Assembly: GCA_043228905.1 (NCBI GenBank)
Contig: JBHGNT010000011.1
Span: forward strand, 5,084,001 to 5,148,000
Direction: 5' to 3'
Length of the DNA: 64,000 nucleotides
DNA from: Azolla caroliniana
Lineage: Eukaryota > Plantae > Polypodiophyta
Program-made: the position numbers and the translations under genes
The notes under the pieces: model-generated
Told to the model about the DNA's origin: nothing
What the model saw: only the letters and a program-made list of their open reading frames with translations
Databases searched by the model: none
Part shown: positions 1 to 14,500 of the stretch, one piece after another
Numbering within the stretch: position 1 is the first letter of the stretch
Layout of the letters: each line of letters opens with the position of its first letter

Positions 1-3000
1 CAACCAAGTCAATGTTGTCGACATTTGATCGGGAGAAATTCTATCATTGGAGTACTCTACAAGTGGAGAAGTCTTATACAGTGTGCATGATGCACAAATG
101 TAGTTACGAGCATCCAATGTCACTTTTCACGTAACCCTCGATACCGAATGGTTTTGAACTACTCGTCCAAAGCTAGTGGCACAATCAGACTCGGAAATGT
201 GCAAGAGTGCATAACCGCAAGGATTAGTGAGGTCCCATTCAAATGTAGGATGGCAATTCAATCACCCTACATTGATTCTAACACGTACTCGAGCTGAAGA
301 GGAGTCTAGTCTCCATCGGCATGCTAGCCAAAGCCGGGTATCAAACGACTCTAAGTGAGTCATCATGGACGATCAACTGAGGGAACATGAAAATCAGTTG
401 TGGATACAAGTAGAATAACTTGTATCTGCTGATGGAGATCAGTCCAAAAGGGGTCATGAATGTCGCCGATTTGTCTGAGTCGAACTTATGCCATGGACGA
501 CTCGGCCATATGTCTAAAGGTGGACTAGATCGGTTGATGGCAAACGGCTACATCCTGAAACTGCAGGCGAAGACTTGAAGTCCACACTCTCTCAAATATG
601 AGACAATACAACATCCTCTAGAGGTTGTACACACTAATATCTGCGGACCAATACCCAAACGGTCTCTAGGCGGCACTTGATACTTGATAACATTCCTAGA
701 TGATTGTACTCGGAAAATTTGGGCCTATTCAATTAGGTCAAAAGATGAGGTGTTCACGGTCTTCACTCTGTGGCTAGCCAAAGTGGAGAACCGAACTAGA
801 TACGAAGTGAAGACACTTTGATCCAGCAATGGAGGCAAATAAACATCCCAAGAGTTCAAACAATACCTGTCCAAAAAAGGAATCCGGCATAAGAGAACTG
901 TTCCATACTCTCCCATGTAGAACGGCGTGGTGGAATGCAAGAATTGGACAATCCAAGAGAGAGTGATGGCAATGCTCTAGCCGAACCCAAGCTGGAGTTC
1001 TGGGCCGAGGCACTATAGATGGTCGTCTACTTAATAAACCTATTGTCTTCGAGAGCAGTGTGGCTCGAAGTGCCACAGGCACTATGGTATGGAAAATAGC
1101 CAACCTACGATAGGCTTCGTATATTCGGATGTGAAGCCTACACCTTCATGCCCTAGGACAAGAGACCCAAGCTAGTGCCCCATGCACTTAAGTGTATATT
1201 TCTCGGTTATGGACTGATGGGGAATTCGGGAACATGCTATGGGATCTGGAGAACCGGAAATTGATCTGGAGTAGTGACATGGTCTTCAATGAGGACACTA
1301 TCCTCTCCACCCGATCCCAATCGAGAATTGGCGAAAATGTCACCTTTGATCTTTCCAAAAAAGAATTGGAATTGGAAAAGGATGAATCGTTCGACCAAGG
1401 CAAAGCTGAAAAGGGTAGAGTCGAAACAGATAGAGTCAAATTGACCAAATCGCTCAAACAAGCTAAGATGCCAAAAAGTCAGGCCAAACCAGCCAAGGCT
1501 CCAACCCCTCTATGAATCGATCCTGAAGAAGGGGAGGATGATTCGATATCACCGAAATCTTATTGCAAGGGTGAGTCATCCAAAAGGACTCTTGAAGATG
1601 GTTCAACTAATGCAAATTGGACACTAGAGCAAATTGAAGAATCCAAACCAAAAAACTTGGCACCAAGGAGATCCAAATGAGTCAGACGGTCGATAGAGTT
1701 TTATCAACCAAGGCTTGACTACATCAACTACACGGATGTCGGCGAACCCAAGTCGTACTACGAAATTGTAATCGCACCGGATACTAACACATGGCTCGAA
1801 GCCATGAGATTGGAGATGGACTCTCGATACATGTGAATCAGACATGGGAGCTGGTGGAATTACCAGCAGACAAGAAGCCGTTACCTTGTAAATGGGTCTA
1901 TCGATACACTAGTATGTGTCAAGTTCTGACCGACCCAAGTACAAATCTCAAGTCGTCGCCAAAGGTTTCAAACAAGAATATGGAGTCGACTATGATGGGA
2001 TCTTCTCACTGATGGTCAAAATGGCCACCCTTTGGCTCCATCTCGGGGTCGTGGCGACGGATAACCTAGAGCTGGAACAACTAGATGTCAAAACAGTTTT
2101 CCTTCACGGAGATCTTGACGAAGAAATTTACATGTCTCAACCGGCAGGTTTCACGACGACGGGGAAGCAAGGTCACGTTGTCTAGAAGTTCAAGATGATC
2201 CTATATGGCCTAAAGCAAGCACCAAGAATGTGGTATCAGAAGTTCGATACCTAGATCGGGTACCTCGACTATAAATGGTTGGACTCCGACCCATGCATCT
2301 ACATCTGGCAATTGGCCGAAGAGTCTTGGATCTTGTATGTCAATGATATGTTAATAGAAGAAAGCAATCAAGCAGAAATTTGAAGACCAAAGCGGATCCT
2401 TCACGATAAATTTTCTATGAAGGAACTTGGAGAAGCCCGACATATCTTAGGCATGAGGATCAAGCAAAATCGGATGACGAAGACTCTCCAACTCTCCCAG
2501 ACCGATTATATCCGAAAGATTCTTAGAATGTCTAACATGGAGAATGCTAAATCGGCACCGACTCCACGCCCGACATTAAGACGACTAATGGACAGGGATT
2601 CTCCTTCAACCAACAAGGAGAAATAGCTCAATGGAATGATACCCTATGCATCGGCCATAGGAAGTATCATGTACCCAACAGTGGCAATCCGACTTGACCT
2701 TGCATATGTCATAGGGGTCATCATCCGGTACATGTCAAACCCAGGATAGAAACATTGGGAGAACATCTTCAGGTATTTGCAAGGAACCAAAGATGTACAA
2801 CTGACTTTTGGATCGGCCAATCCAACCGAAGTCGAAGGCTGTATAGAATCTGGACAATCGAAACTCAACATCAAGCTATATATTCACCTAATATGGTAGC
2901 GGCACCATATCATGGAGGTTGAGATTGCAAAAGTGCACGACCCTTTTGACCACAGAGCCAAGTACATAATCATGTCAGAAGTAGCCAAGGAAGCAATCTG

Positions 3001-3502
3001 GTTGCACCGACTGTCGGCCGATTTTTTAGTGACAAGTCGAATCGACCATTCAGCAACAACAATCTATTGTGACTCATAGAACACAATAGATATCATCTAG
3101 AAGTCCTTCTATCATGTGAAGACAAAACATATTGAGGTCAGTTTCACCATATCCGGGACCTCGTAACGAAGAATAAGTTCGAAGTTCGGAAGATCAACAC
3201 CAAGGTGAACATCATTGATTGCCTAACGAAGCCACTTCCGGAACAATGCTTTGGAGCACTAAGGAACACAACAAGATTACGACAAGAAACCGAGCTAAAG
3301 AGAGTTGAACGAACAATCACAACAATTAAGCCAAAAATCAACCCACCCAGATGAGCTGAAAACGCAAAGTCGAAGGACCCAAAATGCCGAGAGGTTAGCG
3401 ATGTAGCCAAGTGCGAGGAGACCGACTGGAGAGGAGAAGATCGAAGGGCAAGTGGAGCCAAGAACCGATTGAGGATTCAGTAGGGAGCATAGGAACAACC
3501 AT

Positions 3503-3961
3503 GAGCGGAAGCATATGATCGACTAGAGGCCAGGAAACAGAATTAGACACAAGCCAATCCGAACAAACGAGCCGATTCGGAGGAAAGTCGATCCAACCGA
3601 ATAAGACAAGTTGATTCGGATGACATACAATCCGAATGACTAACCGAATTAGGCTAGATCTCGACTTTACTTCTACAGATTCGGCCGAATGCCAACTACC
3701 TTGTATGTATACAACTGGATCTAGCGGGGAGCACAGGAGAAAGCACGAGTGGGAAGCATACGATTGACCAGAGGCTGGGAGACGGAATCAAACACAAGCA
3801 GATCTGAACAAATGAGTCGATTCAGACGAAAATCGATCCAACCAACTCAGACAAGCTGATTCGAACGACATACAATCCGAATGATTAACTGAATTAGGCT
3901 ACATCCCGACTTTACCTCTATAGATTTGGCCGAATTATGACTCTCTTGTATGTGTACAACT
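3503..3961 (+). repeat. Two diverged ~215-bp direct repeats (period ~244 bp) in the 3' UTR of copia A
   Basis: GGAAGCATA...ATACAATCCGAATGA...TACAACT occurs at ~3503-3717 and ~3747-3961. Confidence 0.8.
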
Positions 3962-4124
3962 GTAACAATAGATTAAATTGTAATCTAGGTTCACGGGGAC
4001 ATAACCCAATTATTTGTATACATAGGAAGAGCAACCCTTTTATGAGGGAGTTTGTTGGCATAAAAGGCTGAGTTCTTGCAAATTGTATCCTTAAGTGTGA
4101 ACACGTTCTCAAGTTAGGCATGAG

Positions 4125-4637
4125 TAACAATCCGCAACGATTTGGTTTGGTTTGGTTCGGTTTGAGAGGGTCCAAACCAAACCGTTTAAATTTTTTGAAA
4201 CCAAAACTAAACAGAACCGAACCACAAAACCGTTAAGCCGAACCATTAAAAAAAAATTCAAACCGTTAAACCGTAAAAATCGCAATTTCGTGGTTCGGTT
4301 TCGGTTTTCAACATAGGTCTAATTTTTAATTTTTAATTTTTAATTTTTAATTTTTTTAAATTTATAATATTTCATTTTTAAATTTTTTAAATTTTTAAGA
4401 TGTTCCTAAAATGTGAGAATAAGGTCTAAAAATGAAAAGATTGTTTAAAAACAATTTTTTTAATTTTAAAAAAAAAATTAACATAAAAATAAAAAACTGT
4501 TAAACCGTTTAAACTGCGGGTTTTTACTATTGAAACCGAACCGAACCGTTAATAAAAACCTAAACTTGAACTGAACCGTTGAAACCGTTAAGCCGTTAAA
4601 CCACAATTTCGAGGTTCGGTTCCGTTGCCGATTGTTA
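4125..4637. mobile_element. Non-autonomous hAT-like DNA transposon (MITE) inside the copia A LTR
   Basis: TIRs TAACAATCCGCAACG / CGTTGCCGATTGTTA. 8-bp TSD GGCATGAG (4117-4124) / GGCTTGAG (4638-4645). Many subterminal AAACCG/AACCG motifs, AT-rich core, no ORF. Confidence 0.8.
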
Positions 4638-4675
4638 GGCTTGAGTATAGAAGCCCAACTATAACATTGTAAACT

Positions 4676-4680
<5 letters not shown>

Positions 4681-4720
<40 letters not shown>
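4681..4720. repeat. (AG)n microsatellite within the LTR
   Basis: About 20 perfect AG units. Confidence 0.95.
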
Positions 4721-4725
<5 letters not shown>

Positions 4726-4890
4726 TAGTTAAAGAAGAGAATAACAATTTTCCATTAGAACTTCAACGGAGTTCCCTTGCTTCTTACTTTCTTGCATATT
4801 GTGCACATTCTGTTTCTCTATCTTGTACATGTTGTTTGCTTGACATCACCTTGCAGATCCTCACATATTCTTCCACTTATTATCTTCAAC

Positions 4891-6325
4891 GGGGGCCGAC
4901 ATGCGACAATACGCGGTTCTGGAAAATTGTCGGAAGTCTGATATATCTAACTATCACCTGACTCGATCTAACCTATTTGGTCTGCTTGATACTTCAATTT
5001 ATGCAAAAGCCGAAAATCGAGTACCTTAAGTGCGCACATCGAATATTGTGATGTCTGCGGTACTAAGGACCATGGGTTACTATATCGGAATGTCAAAACC
5101 AAATAGCGACTTGGCTACACAGATACAGACTTGACCAGACACGCCACGAATCCCCGATCGACATTGGACTTCACGTTCTCTCTTGGGAGCATGGCAATCG
5201 TGTGGATCAGCAAAAAGCAACCGACAGTAGCATTGTCCAGCACTCAGGCCGAGTGTAGAGGACCAACCATCGCAACATGTCAGGCCATCTGGCTCAAGTG
5301 GATGATGCAGTATCAACGAGTGGAAGTAGTTGATTCGATCCCGATCTACTGTTATAACCTCTGTAGTATTCATGTGGCAAAGAACCTCATGTTCCATGCT
5401 CGCACAAAGCACATAGAAGTGCATTATCACTTTATGTGCAAGCGATTCCTAGGCAGTGAAGTGAATTGTGGTTCGTCCAGACTGATCGGCAAGTGGCCGA
5501 CATCTTCACGAAGGCGCTTGAACTGGACAAGTTGTGGCACTTCTCAGTGATGCTTGAACTACAACATCTCGATATGCCACACTTGAGGGGTAGAATAGAT
5601 AGGGGGAGACCAAAGGAAGACATCAACAAGGACAAGCTAGAGCCACCCGAATGAGAAAGGGTTAGAGCCGAATCGGGTAGAGGCCGACGCAGTGACACGA
5701 TAGCCCAAGTGGAATTGTCGCATGAAGGAGAGGCACCGAAGCTGAATAAGTAGGAAGAATGCTAACGAGTGCTAGAGGAGATGAGCCGACTAGACAAGTT
5801 GATACGAGCGTGCCAAGGGGAGATTTGGCAAGGAAAGGATGAGCCAACACGAGGAACTGGTAAAGCAGACAAAGAACGAACTAAAGCAAACAAAGTTGGC
5901 CCCTTACTTCAGCTTGAGGGGGAGTGTTGAGATGTCACGCTGAACCGAAACCCGGATCGGCTGCAAGGCCGTTAGGACACAAGTTGTGGGAAATTGGGCC
6001 TACCCTTCCTAACATAGATATAGGAATATTATAGGTTAATTAGTAGTTAGAGCTCATGACTGAGCTTAGTGTAATTTTGTCAGCATCTTTGTATAAAAAG
6101 TGCAATGTGAGCACATTGTATTGGAATGATGGTCTCAGCAATTTTTGAAATGTAGTTCTTTGTTCTCTCTATACTCTCTCTCTCTCTCTACTCCATCTCT
6201 ATCTCAAAGAACAAGTATATATGGTCCAACCCCCCAGATTTCGGTCCGAGATGAACAAGTCGGAGTGTGCTGAGTGAAGAAGTGGATTTACGGTCTCAAG
6301 CAAGCCCCACAAGCTTGAAACTTGA
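4891..6325 (+). mobile_element. Ty1/copia 3' fragment H (end of RT, RNase H, PPT, 3' LTR)
   Basis: SKKQPTVALSSTQAE and FHARTKHIEVHYHF motifs. PPT GAGGGGGAG at 5916-5924. LTR starts TGTTGAG at 5925; right end approximate. Confidence 0.8.
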
Positions 6326-7359
6326 AAATCACTTGGCGTTTAGGTAAGATGGGGTTAGAGTTCTTAAAATCCGACTCATCGTTGTTCATCCGGAAAGGTC
6401 ATGCAAGTCCTTCATTTTGAATATGTTGGACAATTGGGATTTGACACAGCCGAGGGTTTAGGGCACTTGATAATATTTGAATTTGTTTTCATATCGTGAA
6501 GCAATTAAGCTTCTTCATGACACAATCTTTGACCTTTCATAGTTGTACTTCTCGAGTAATGCTTTCTCGAGGAAATTTAAGCTTCTTCATGACATCGGTT
6601 TTGTCCCTTCGACTCTCATAGTTGTACTTCTCAAGTAATGCTTTCTTGAGGGATCCCCATTAGTCTTGAGGTTCTTGAAGCTTTTTGACCTCCTCGTACA
6701 TAGGCATGGCCACCACCCGATAAAAACATGTAAGCTTCACTATCGTATTCACTATTGCGTTCATTTAAGCAGTGTCGGCTTTCAAAAATCTTGGGACTAA
6801 TGTGCAACAAAGATGAAATCAAGAAATCTAAGATTCAAACCTCAACAGTTCAAAGCATAAAGCATAAATACTATTAAATATTTAATTTCCCATACATAAA
6901 ATTTTACATATGAATCCATAGTCAAAAACCATTAAAACAAACCCATATTCGCAATCCACGGTTTCAATATTGAAAGCCCATGATCCATCCTCTCTAGTTT
7001 AAGTCCCCGGTTGTGTCGCTTATGTTTCACATGCACATCCGCCACAATATAAGAAGTCAACATGTGATGAGTGCAACCTGCCAGAAGGTCCAAAACATGA
7101 TGCAAAGGCAAGACGTAATGAACAACAAGTGACTTACAGTGTGTGACGAAAGGGTAGCACACAAATAATCACACAAGATGTAAAGAAACTTGAATAAGGA
7201 TCTTCTTAGTCTAAAGATATAAGCAAAGGATGTTGTTTCTAGAGTTTTGACATCATCATTCACATCTTGCTTGGTTCAAGTTTCTATTGGTCTAGCTTTA
7301 GTAGTACCCAAACATGATATACGTGATAACATAATTGGGTGAAAGCATGTGAGTGGAAA

Positions 7360-9228
7360 CAATTAGCTATGTCCTTGACATAGCTAATTAGCTATGCAAA
7401 AAGCTACCAGTGATAAATAGTCATTTTTGCACCATGAATGAAAACATTAGAATGTTTTAATTATATAAATGAGCACCATAAATGTGGAACATAAATGTGC
7501 AGCATAAATGGATATGTGCACTATAAATTATATACCCAATTCCTAGGTCCATTATGCATGATCCATTGGCACATCATGTTGGCCATCACTTTGTGACTAT
7601 TCGGGCTTAGATTACTGCCACTGTTCCTAAACCTGAACTATTCGATCCGACGTAGTTCACTCCTCCACTACCGCCATTCTACACTCAGTTGCAGCCATTG
7701 TGTGTTCCAAGCATCATCTGCCACTATGTGATCTAACAGAGTTCACTCCTCCATTGCCACCATTCTACACTCAGTTGCCACCATTGTTCGTTCCTGGATT
7801 GCCACCATTGTTCGACCTGACGGAGTTCACTCCTCCATTGCCATCATTCTACCCTCAATTGTTGCCACTGTTCGGACCTGGATTGCAATAATTGTTCCTT
7901 TTGTTGATTATCTTGTGTATTGTTGTGTATAATCTTGTGTATTGTGGAATAATTTTGTGTATTGTTGTTGTCCATAGTCATCTTAGCTCGTTCCTGACGG
8001 TGGTTGTGTAGCTTTCACTCCGCTGCAACAAACATAAACTTACCAACGATGGGATCACTCCTGTGAATAATCGGTTTGCATGTGGTTTAGTAGCTAGTTA
8101 TGTGTCTTTTTTTTGTGGAAATTTACGAATGAATATGTCAAGACAAATGGAAGGGGAAGGAGGGTGTTTACCAATACCCCTCAAGGATCATCAGGATAGG
8201 GATGATGCTATCAGGACATAACAAGCGATACGAAAGTATTGGGCAGTAAAAAAAAGGAAACATCGTCAATTGTTGAAGGATACAAACGCCACATTCACTA
8301 AAAGTAAGGATAGTATTGGTTGTGATATAGGTCTAAATACCACTAAGAATGGAAGTAACGAGACTACTATCACAGAGACAAAGGTTGTAGACTATTTCAA
8401 TGTTCAGACCAAGCACATCAGCAATGAAGACAAGAAGGTAGTACTTTATGGAATATTAAATGATCCATCGAAAAAGGAGTTGGTTGATTGTGATGGTCTT
8501 AATGCAAACATAACATCAGTACTAGTAAATAATCTTTGTAATAGTTTCATATCCATGAGCAGGTCAAAAGATGATCTTGTCTTAAAAAGGTCTAATCTAA
8601 TGATGTTACTTAATAGTGATGTTGACGATCTTAACATAGTGTGCGATCTAAGGTAATTGGTGTTAGTCGAAAACTGTGTACAATACAATGAACCAGATAA
8701 TTTCAAGCGGTGAAGGAATTAGTTTGCTAAAGCTAACAACACGATGTAAGCCAATGACACCCATAACATCAGAAATCAAGGATATAATCACCATATTTTG
8801 GACTAATGAGAGTAGGGTTTCACCCAATAAGAAGGATTTATGCAGGAAATGTGTTGGAAGGATTCAATAAGATGAGCATCCCATTCATCTTCTTGATGTA
8901 CCTCAAGTATTTACGTTGATCTCAACTTTTGTTTGGATTTTTAAGCTTAGTTAGTTAGCTAATTAGCTACCTCAGAATATGACCATAGCTAACTAGCTAC
9001 TTGTAATAGCTAAATAGCGATTGACAATAGCTAACTTAGCTATCACACTAGCTAATTAACTATCTCAGAATATGACCATATCTAATTAGCTACCACAATA
9101 GCTAATGCGCTACCTCAGAATATGACCATAGCTAACTAGCTACTAGTCATAGCTAAATGGCGATTGACAATAGCTAACTTAGCTATTATCAACTAATTAG
9201 CTACCACAATAGCTAATTAGCTATCCTC
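7360..9228 (+). mobile_element. Possible DNA-transposon remnant: TAGCTA repeat arrays at both ends around a decayed ORF
   Basis: Palindromic TAGCTA clusters at 7363-7410 and 8945-9225. Internal ~75-100-bp repeats at 7610-7900. Broken reading frame ~8146-8910 ending FWTNESRVSPNKKDL...EHPIHLL. No convincing TIR or TSD found. Confidence 0.35.
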
Positions 9229-9934
9229 AAAACCTTTGCACAACAAATAGATAGTAGATTTAGATTTTATTATCATCTTCAGAGGTCAAATATGACCTAT
9301 GAGTTCAAAAATATAACCTTTTCATGTAATACATGTGAAAGTGAGTAGAGACTCTCAATGTTCAAGAACATAAGGGGGAGGCAAGGGGGAGCAATGACAA
9401 AGAATTGTTGTAGCACAATTGTCATCATTGTGGATGAAGGCATTGGGCCTTGGTCTTCTCCCCTACGTTAGGCTCACCACCGAGCCTAGAATTCATACCC
9501 CGTGTCTCTTTATTATCCACTTTTCCCATCATCCAATTTGCCGTTCGTCATATTGACTCCTTCGAACACAGGGAGAGCTTTATGTTCTTGAATTACCGCT
9601 TCTTAAAAATGACATCAATATATAAAATATGATTTCCCAAAGTGTACACCATCAAGATATAAAATACTATTTCCTAAAGTATACGCACACAATAACTTAC
9701 ACATAGGCATATGCATACATTGTTACACATATAGTTCAATACAAATACATACATGTTATGCACAATTCCACATAAACATGAAACAATGAGTGCATACACT
9801 CAATTAAGTAAGCATGTTATCACACTATATTGACACAAATATTAAAACTTTGTAAGAAGAGAACCATGTTTTGGTGTGTGGCTCATTCGATACCATGCTG
9901 ATAGGGAACGAAGACAACGGGGTTACCTATAGAT

Positions 9935-11493
9935 TTGATTGCTACTCCAACATTAGGGGGACATGCAGTCAATGTAGGAACTCCTACTACTAAGGAACAC
10001 CTTGATGTCTCGGCTAGGACATCAAGGTCACTAGAGGGGCCATCTGCTAAAGGAAAATCTAGAATTGGAAGATATAGCAAGAAATCAGAAATGGCTAACC
10101 CAGATGCAACACCTATTTCGGACAATGCAGTTGAGCTCCGGTTATCAGAACAGGATAGGATTCAGATCTTGCGAGAGATTCAACTATTGGAAAGGTCGAC
10201 GATCATTGCACGTGTGTTGGGCATTTGTCCATCACGTGCATATCTTCATTTATTATTGCAAGTTGTGTTGAAGCAAGATTTTGATAATATTGTGGATGTG
10301 CAGATGTTAGGAAGGAATTATTATCAACTCGAGTTTGAGTCAGAGCGCATAGTGTCATTTTTGTTAGAAAGGAAAGTTGTCGCAGTCAAGGGAGGATGGG
10401 TTTCTTTTCACAAATGGATCTACAATTTTTCGGCAAACTAGGTACACCATGACCTTGATCCTCTTTATACATGTATGGTGGTTCTCCCGAACTTGCGTAA
10501 AGATTGGATATTTTTTATCACTTTAATTGTTGCTATGATTGGTACTCTATTGGAAGTGTAGGATACGGCACAGAAAGTAGGTGACAAAATGTTAGGTGTG
10601 GTGTGAGCTAAGCTTCTGATGTCTAAAGCTTCGGTATTGTCGTCTCACATTCTGTTACCTAATTTGTTGGACTCAACGCAACCTCTGTACTCTCAAAAAA
10701 TCATGTACCGAGGTCTACCTAATCAATGTTTTCAGTGTTTCGGGTTTGGTCATTTGGCCAAACATTGTCCTAAGTTTACTATTGCCTCTCATATAGTGGA
10801 GGCCTCTACAGCCATTGTTCCACTCAAGGCCTCATCTAAGGGATCGACTATAGTAGGGAATAGGAAAACATCTCTAAATGCTTTGTCAAGTAAAACTCAG
10901 CAAGTGCAATCTAATAACCTTTAGGAATTTCCTCCCCTTCAAAATAAATATACAATACTTCAACAAGAAGATGAGGTTCCTCAAGAGCCACTTGCTACAA
11001 GTTCATTGGTCTTGTCAAAGTCTAATACATGTTTCCCAATGACAACAATGGTTTCTAAGTCATCTTCTTAGTTGATAAAGGGTCAACCAACTATCAAAAT
11101 TATACAGGAACCTCAATTGAGTTTTCCTATTAAAACTATCTCATCAAAAAAATTGAAAGAGAAGGAAATTACCTAACATCAAGAAGACATGGAAATTGAA
11201 ATTGCTCAGCAAGGAAAGTTAGAGCTACAAGGCAATAAAAGATGATGGTTGTCACTATCGAACGACTGGTGGAAGTTGCACTTGTAACTACAATTGATAA
11301 TAATAGAGAAAAAGCTCTATTATTAATAGAGAAAGACGACAATGGATTCAAGTTTGGATCCTCGCAGGATATGGCAGTAGGAGAGATGTTGGATAAGCCT
11401 GTCAAAGAGCATAGGGTTCATAAGTATGCGGGGAAGGACTTGCTAATAAAGAGACATATCGGCGCTCAAGAGGGTGCAAAGAAGAGTCGTTAG
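9935..11493 (+). pseudogene. LINE ORF1 remnant (DUF4283-like region plus CCHC zinc knuckle)
   Basis: TIIARVLG...YYQLEF and YRGLPNQCFQCFGFGHLAKHCP. Several stop codons. Confidence 0.8.
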
Positions 11494-11536
11494 CATGCTC
11501 TCCTTGAGAAGCGGACATCATCAAATCATATGTAGT

Positions 11537-14500
11537 ATGGACAAGTTAAATCTCCTTTCTTGGAATGTGCAAGGCATTGGGGGTCAGGCCTTTCCTAGAT
11601 TTAAAGGGCTTCTATGAGTAGATCTAGATACACCTAATGTTGGCTATTGATATTCTTCTTCTGCAAGAGCATCACATGTCCGCTAATAGGCTATGGAGTT
11701 ATGGTTCCATCCTACCAAGTAGATGGATACATTTATGGGTCCTAGTGATAGGTCCAAACTATAAACAAGTTGGTTTATGTATGGAGATTAAAGAACAAAG
11801 GGCATCCATCATAGTCTTGGCAGGTACTATTTTGAATAAAAGGGCACAGTTTCTTATTCTTCAAATAGGACCTCAAAAGACTGGGATTATAAATTTATAT
11901 GTTTCTAACTTAGCATCAGAAAGAGCTTCCTTTTGGATTTCCCTCTCTGAATATGCCAGATTAGCGGATTCTTGGCTTGTGGGTGGTGACTTTAACATGA
12001 TTGAGGAAGTGTCTAATAGAAGGGGAGGCTCAATTAGCACAATTACAAGTCGAGAAGCTAGAGCTTGAGATTCCTTCTATTTCTCTTTTGGATTACTAGA
12101 CCTATGGAATGTGCATTCCTTCTCTCAAATGCAAGGCTCTCTTCATTTCACCTTGTCAGATGGTAGTGTGGTTGTAGCTAATTTGGCACGATTAGATAGA
12201 TTCTATGGTAGTATCTTTTTTTGGGATGGTTTTGGATCTATGGGGATTATTGTTGGGATGGTAAGTTCTGATCATTATCCATTGAAGTTAAACATTGAAT
12301 TCATTAAAAGATCTTATCTTAAGCAATTCTGTATCCCGAACTCATTGCTTGCTAATGGAACTAATAGAGTTTCTATATCTCAAATCTGGTCTAAATATAG
12401 CTTCTCTGATGCCTCTTTGCTTGGAGATATCACTCATGCCATCCTCGACATCAAGAGCTTCTTCATAAATATAGTTGCCTCTTCAGTTTTTGATGCAATG
12501 CACAGATTGCTAATTTACGCCAGGCATTGGTTGCCATGCAAAAGTTATTGGATTTAAATTTCCAACCTCACCTATGTTAGTCTCGGATTTACAAGAGGTA
12601 AACAGCAATTTAAAACAAAAGCAAAATGTGAGAGCCTTGTATTTCTAACAGCGTAATACAGCTTCCTGATCACAAAAACAAGATAGGGTTAACAGAGAGT
12701 TTTTTAGTCAGTTGAAACAGAAGTATAAACCACTATCTATTAAAACCCTAAAATGACCAGATGGTTCTTATACAACGGATGATTCTGAGATGCAGGACAT
12801 AGCTACGACATATTATCAAAATGGCATCCAATAACTTTGCTTAACGACATCTATAAAATAGTAGCAAAGACTATAGCCAATAGAACGTGCCCGATGCTTC
12901 CCTTGATTATACATGATACACAATCAAGATTCCTTTGAGACAGAAGCATCTTTGACAATATCTTCCTTTTTTGGGAGATGACCGCATTGGCTTTAAATCA
13001 TAAACAGTCCCTTGCTATACTATTATTAGATTTTGAGAAAGGATATGATAAAGTAGATTGGGACTTTCCAGAGCATAAGATTAGGGTTTCCCTTTGTATG
13101 GCTAAAAGATGTGTCTGCATTATATAGACATGCTTCCAGCTCAGTTTTATTTTCTAGAGGCTATGGTACATTATCTCCAATTTCCAGATTTTTCAGACAA
13201 GGTTGTCCGTTAACACCTTTTATTTTCATTCTATTTGGGGAAGCTCTATCATCGTTTCTCAGATCCTCGATGGTGGTCATCCGAGCAATAGCCTTACCTA
13301 TTGCAAACATGATAGTTCTTGATGCGCAGTTTGAGGATGACACTGCTCTTTATATTCATGGAGATGTTATTAATCTTGATTGGGTACAGAATGCTTTGCC
13401 GACATTTTCAGATGCTACTGGAGCATCTCTCGATTGGAACAAATCTGTAGGCCTCTGGGTAAGTGATGAATCACGTCCACCGTGGTATCCAGGTCCGGAA
13501 TTCCGTTGGCTTAATCATGGGGAGCCCATTCGTTACGTAGGTTGTTTTGTTGGTATAGATTTACCATCTGAAGCGATGTTATCTCCATTGTTGTTATCAA
13601 TCAACCGTAAGCTAGTATATTGGGACTCTCAGCACCTATCCTTTGCAAGCCGGGTTGTGATCACAAACACAGTGTTGTTGGCCTCAATGTGGTTTATGGC
13701 ACCGGTTTGGTTGTTCTCTAGGTCAGCAATCATGAAAGTTCAAAGTCTCATACGTAACTTCCTTTGTGGGGGGGGGGGAATTGGGTCTCCTACAGTGGCC
13801 AAGGTGGCATGGGAAGTTTTGATTAGGCCCAAAAGCCAAGGAGGGTTTTCTTTAATAGATCCCTTGATGCAATCTCGAGCTCTCCTAACAAAGTTTGTAG
13901 TCAGAGGACTGTTGCCATGGACTTATTCAGCTAATGCAATTATCTCCCAAGATGGGAGGCAACGGTTGCCTTCTTTGAAATGTATGTTCTTGATAGATGC
14001 ATAAACACCAAGAAGAAATCTCACATCCAATAGATTTCTCTAGGGAATCATCAGAGCATGGGACACAATCAAGATTTTCTTACACAAACAAATGCCTAAC
14101 ACGTGGGATGGTTGGATGAATCAATTGTTATTAGTTAATTCTCTCGTCGGGGATTCTGTTGGAAATGCATTGGGCCTTAGGACTCGTCTTGCCTGGGGAA
14201 AACTTGACAATGGGCCAACAACTTTAGTGAGATCCTGGATTCAATTTCAACAATGCCAGAAGTGGTTCGGCTTAAGCAGTTACACTCGATATATGGGGCA
14301 AAAACAATGACAACGGAAATCTCAGCGGCTTTCTCACAATCCTCGACGCGACTTCAACCAATGTAGGAGCATATGTGGTTTGGATGCCTTATAAATGGCA
14401 TGATGCTTTATGTTAAAGGAATTTCTGTAGACGGTTGTATTTTTTATTTCCATATTCAATAGGACAATAAATTACAATCTTATACACCCTCAAATAATTT

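Larger units (their letters stand above)
1..4890 (+). mobile_element. Degraded Ty1/copia element A (5' end outside the window)
   Basis: Broken pol fragments in copia order: WHxRLGH pre-integrase (~494), integrase (VHTNICGP, YLITFLDDCTRK), RT (KGFKQEYGVDY, QLDVKTVFLHGDL, MKELGEARHILGM) and RNase H (TKHIEV). PPT GAGGGAG at 4044-4050. 3' LTR starts TGTTGGCATAAAAGG at 4053 and ends near 4890. Confidence 0.85.
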
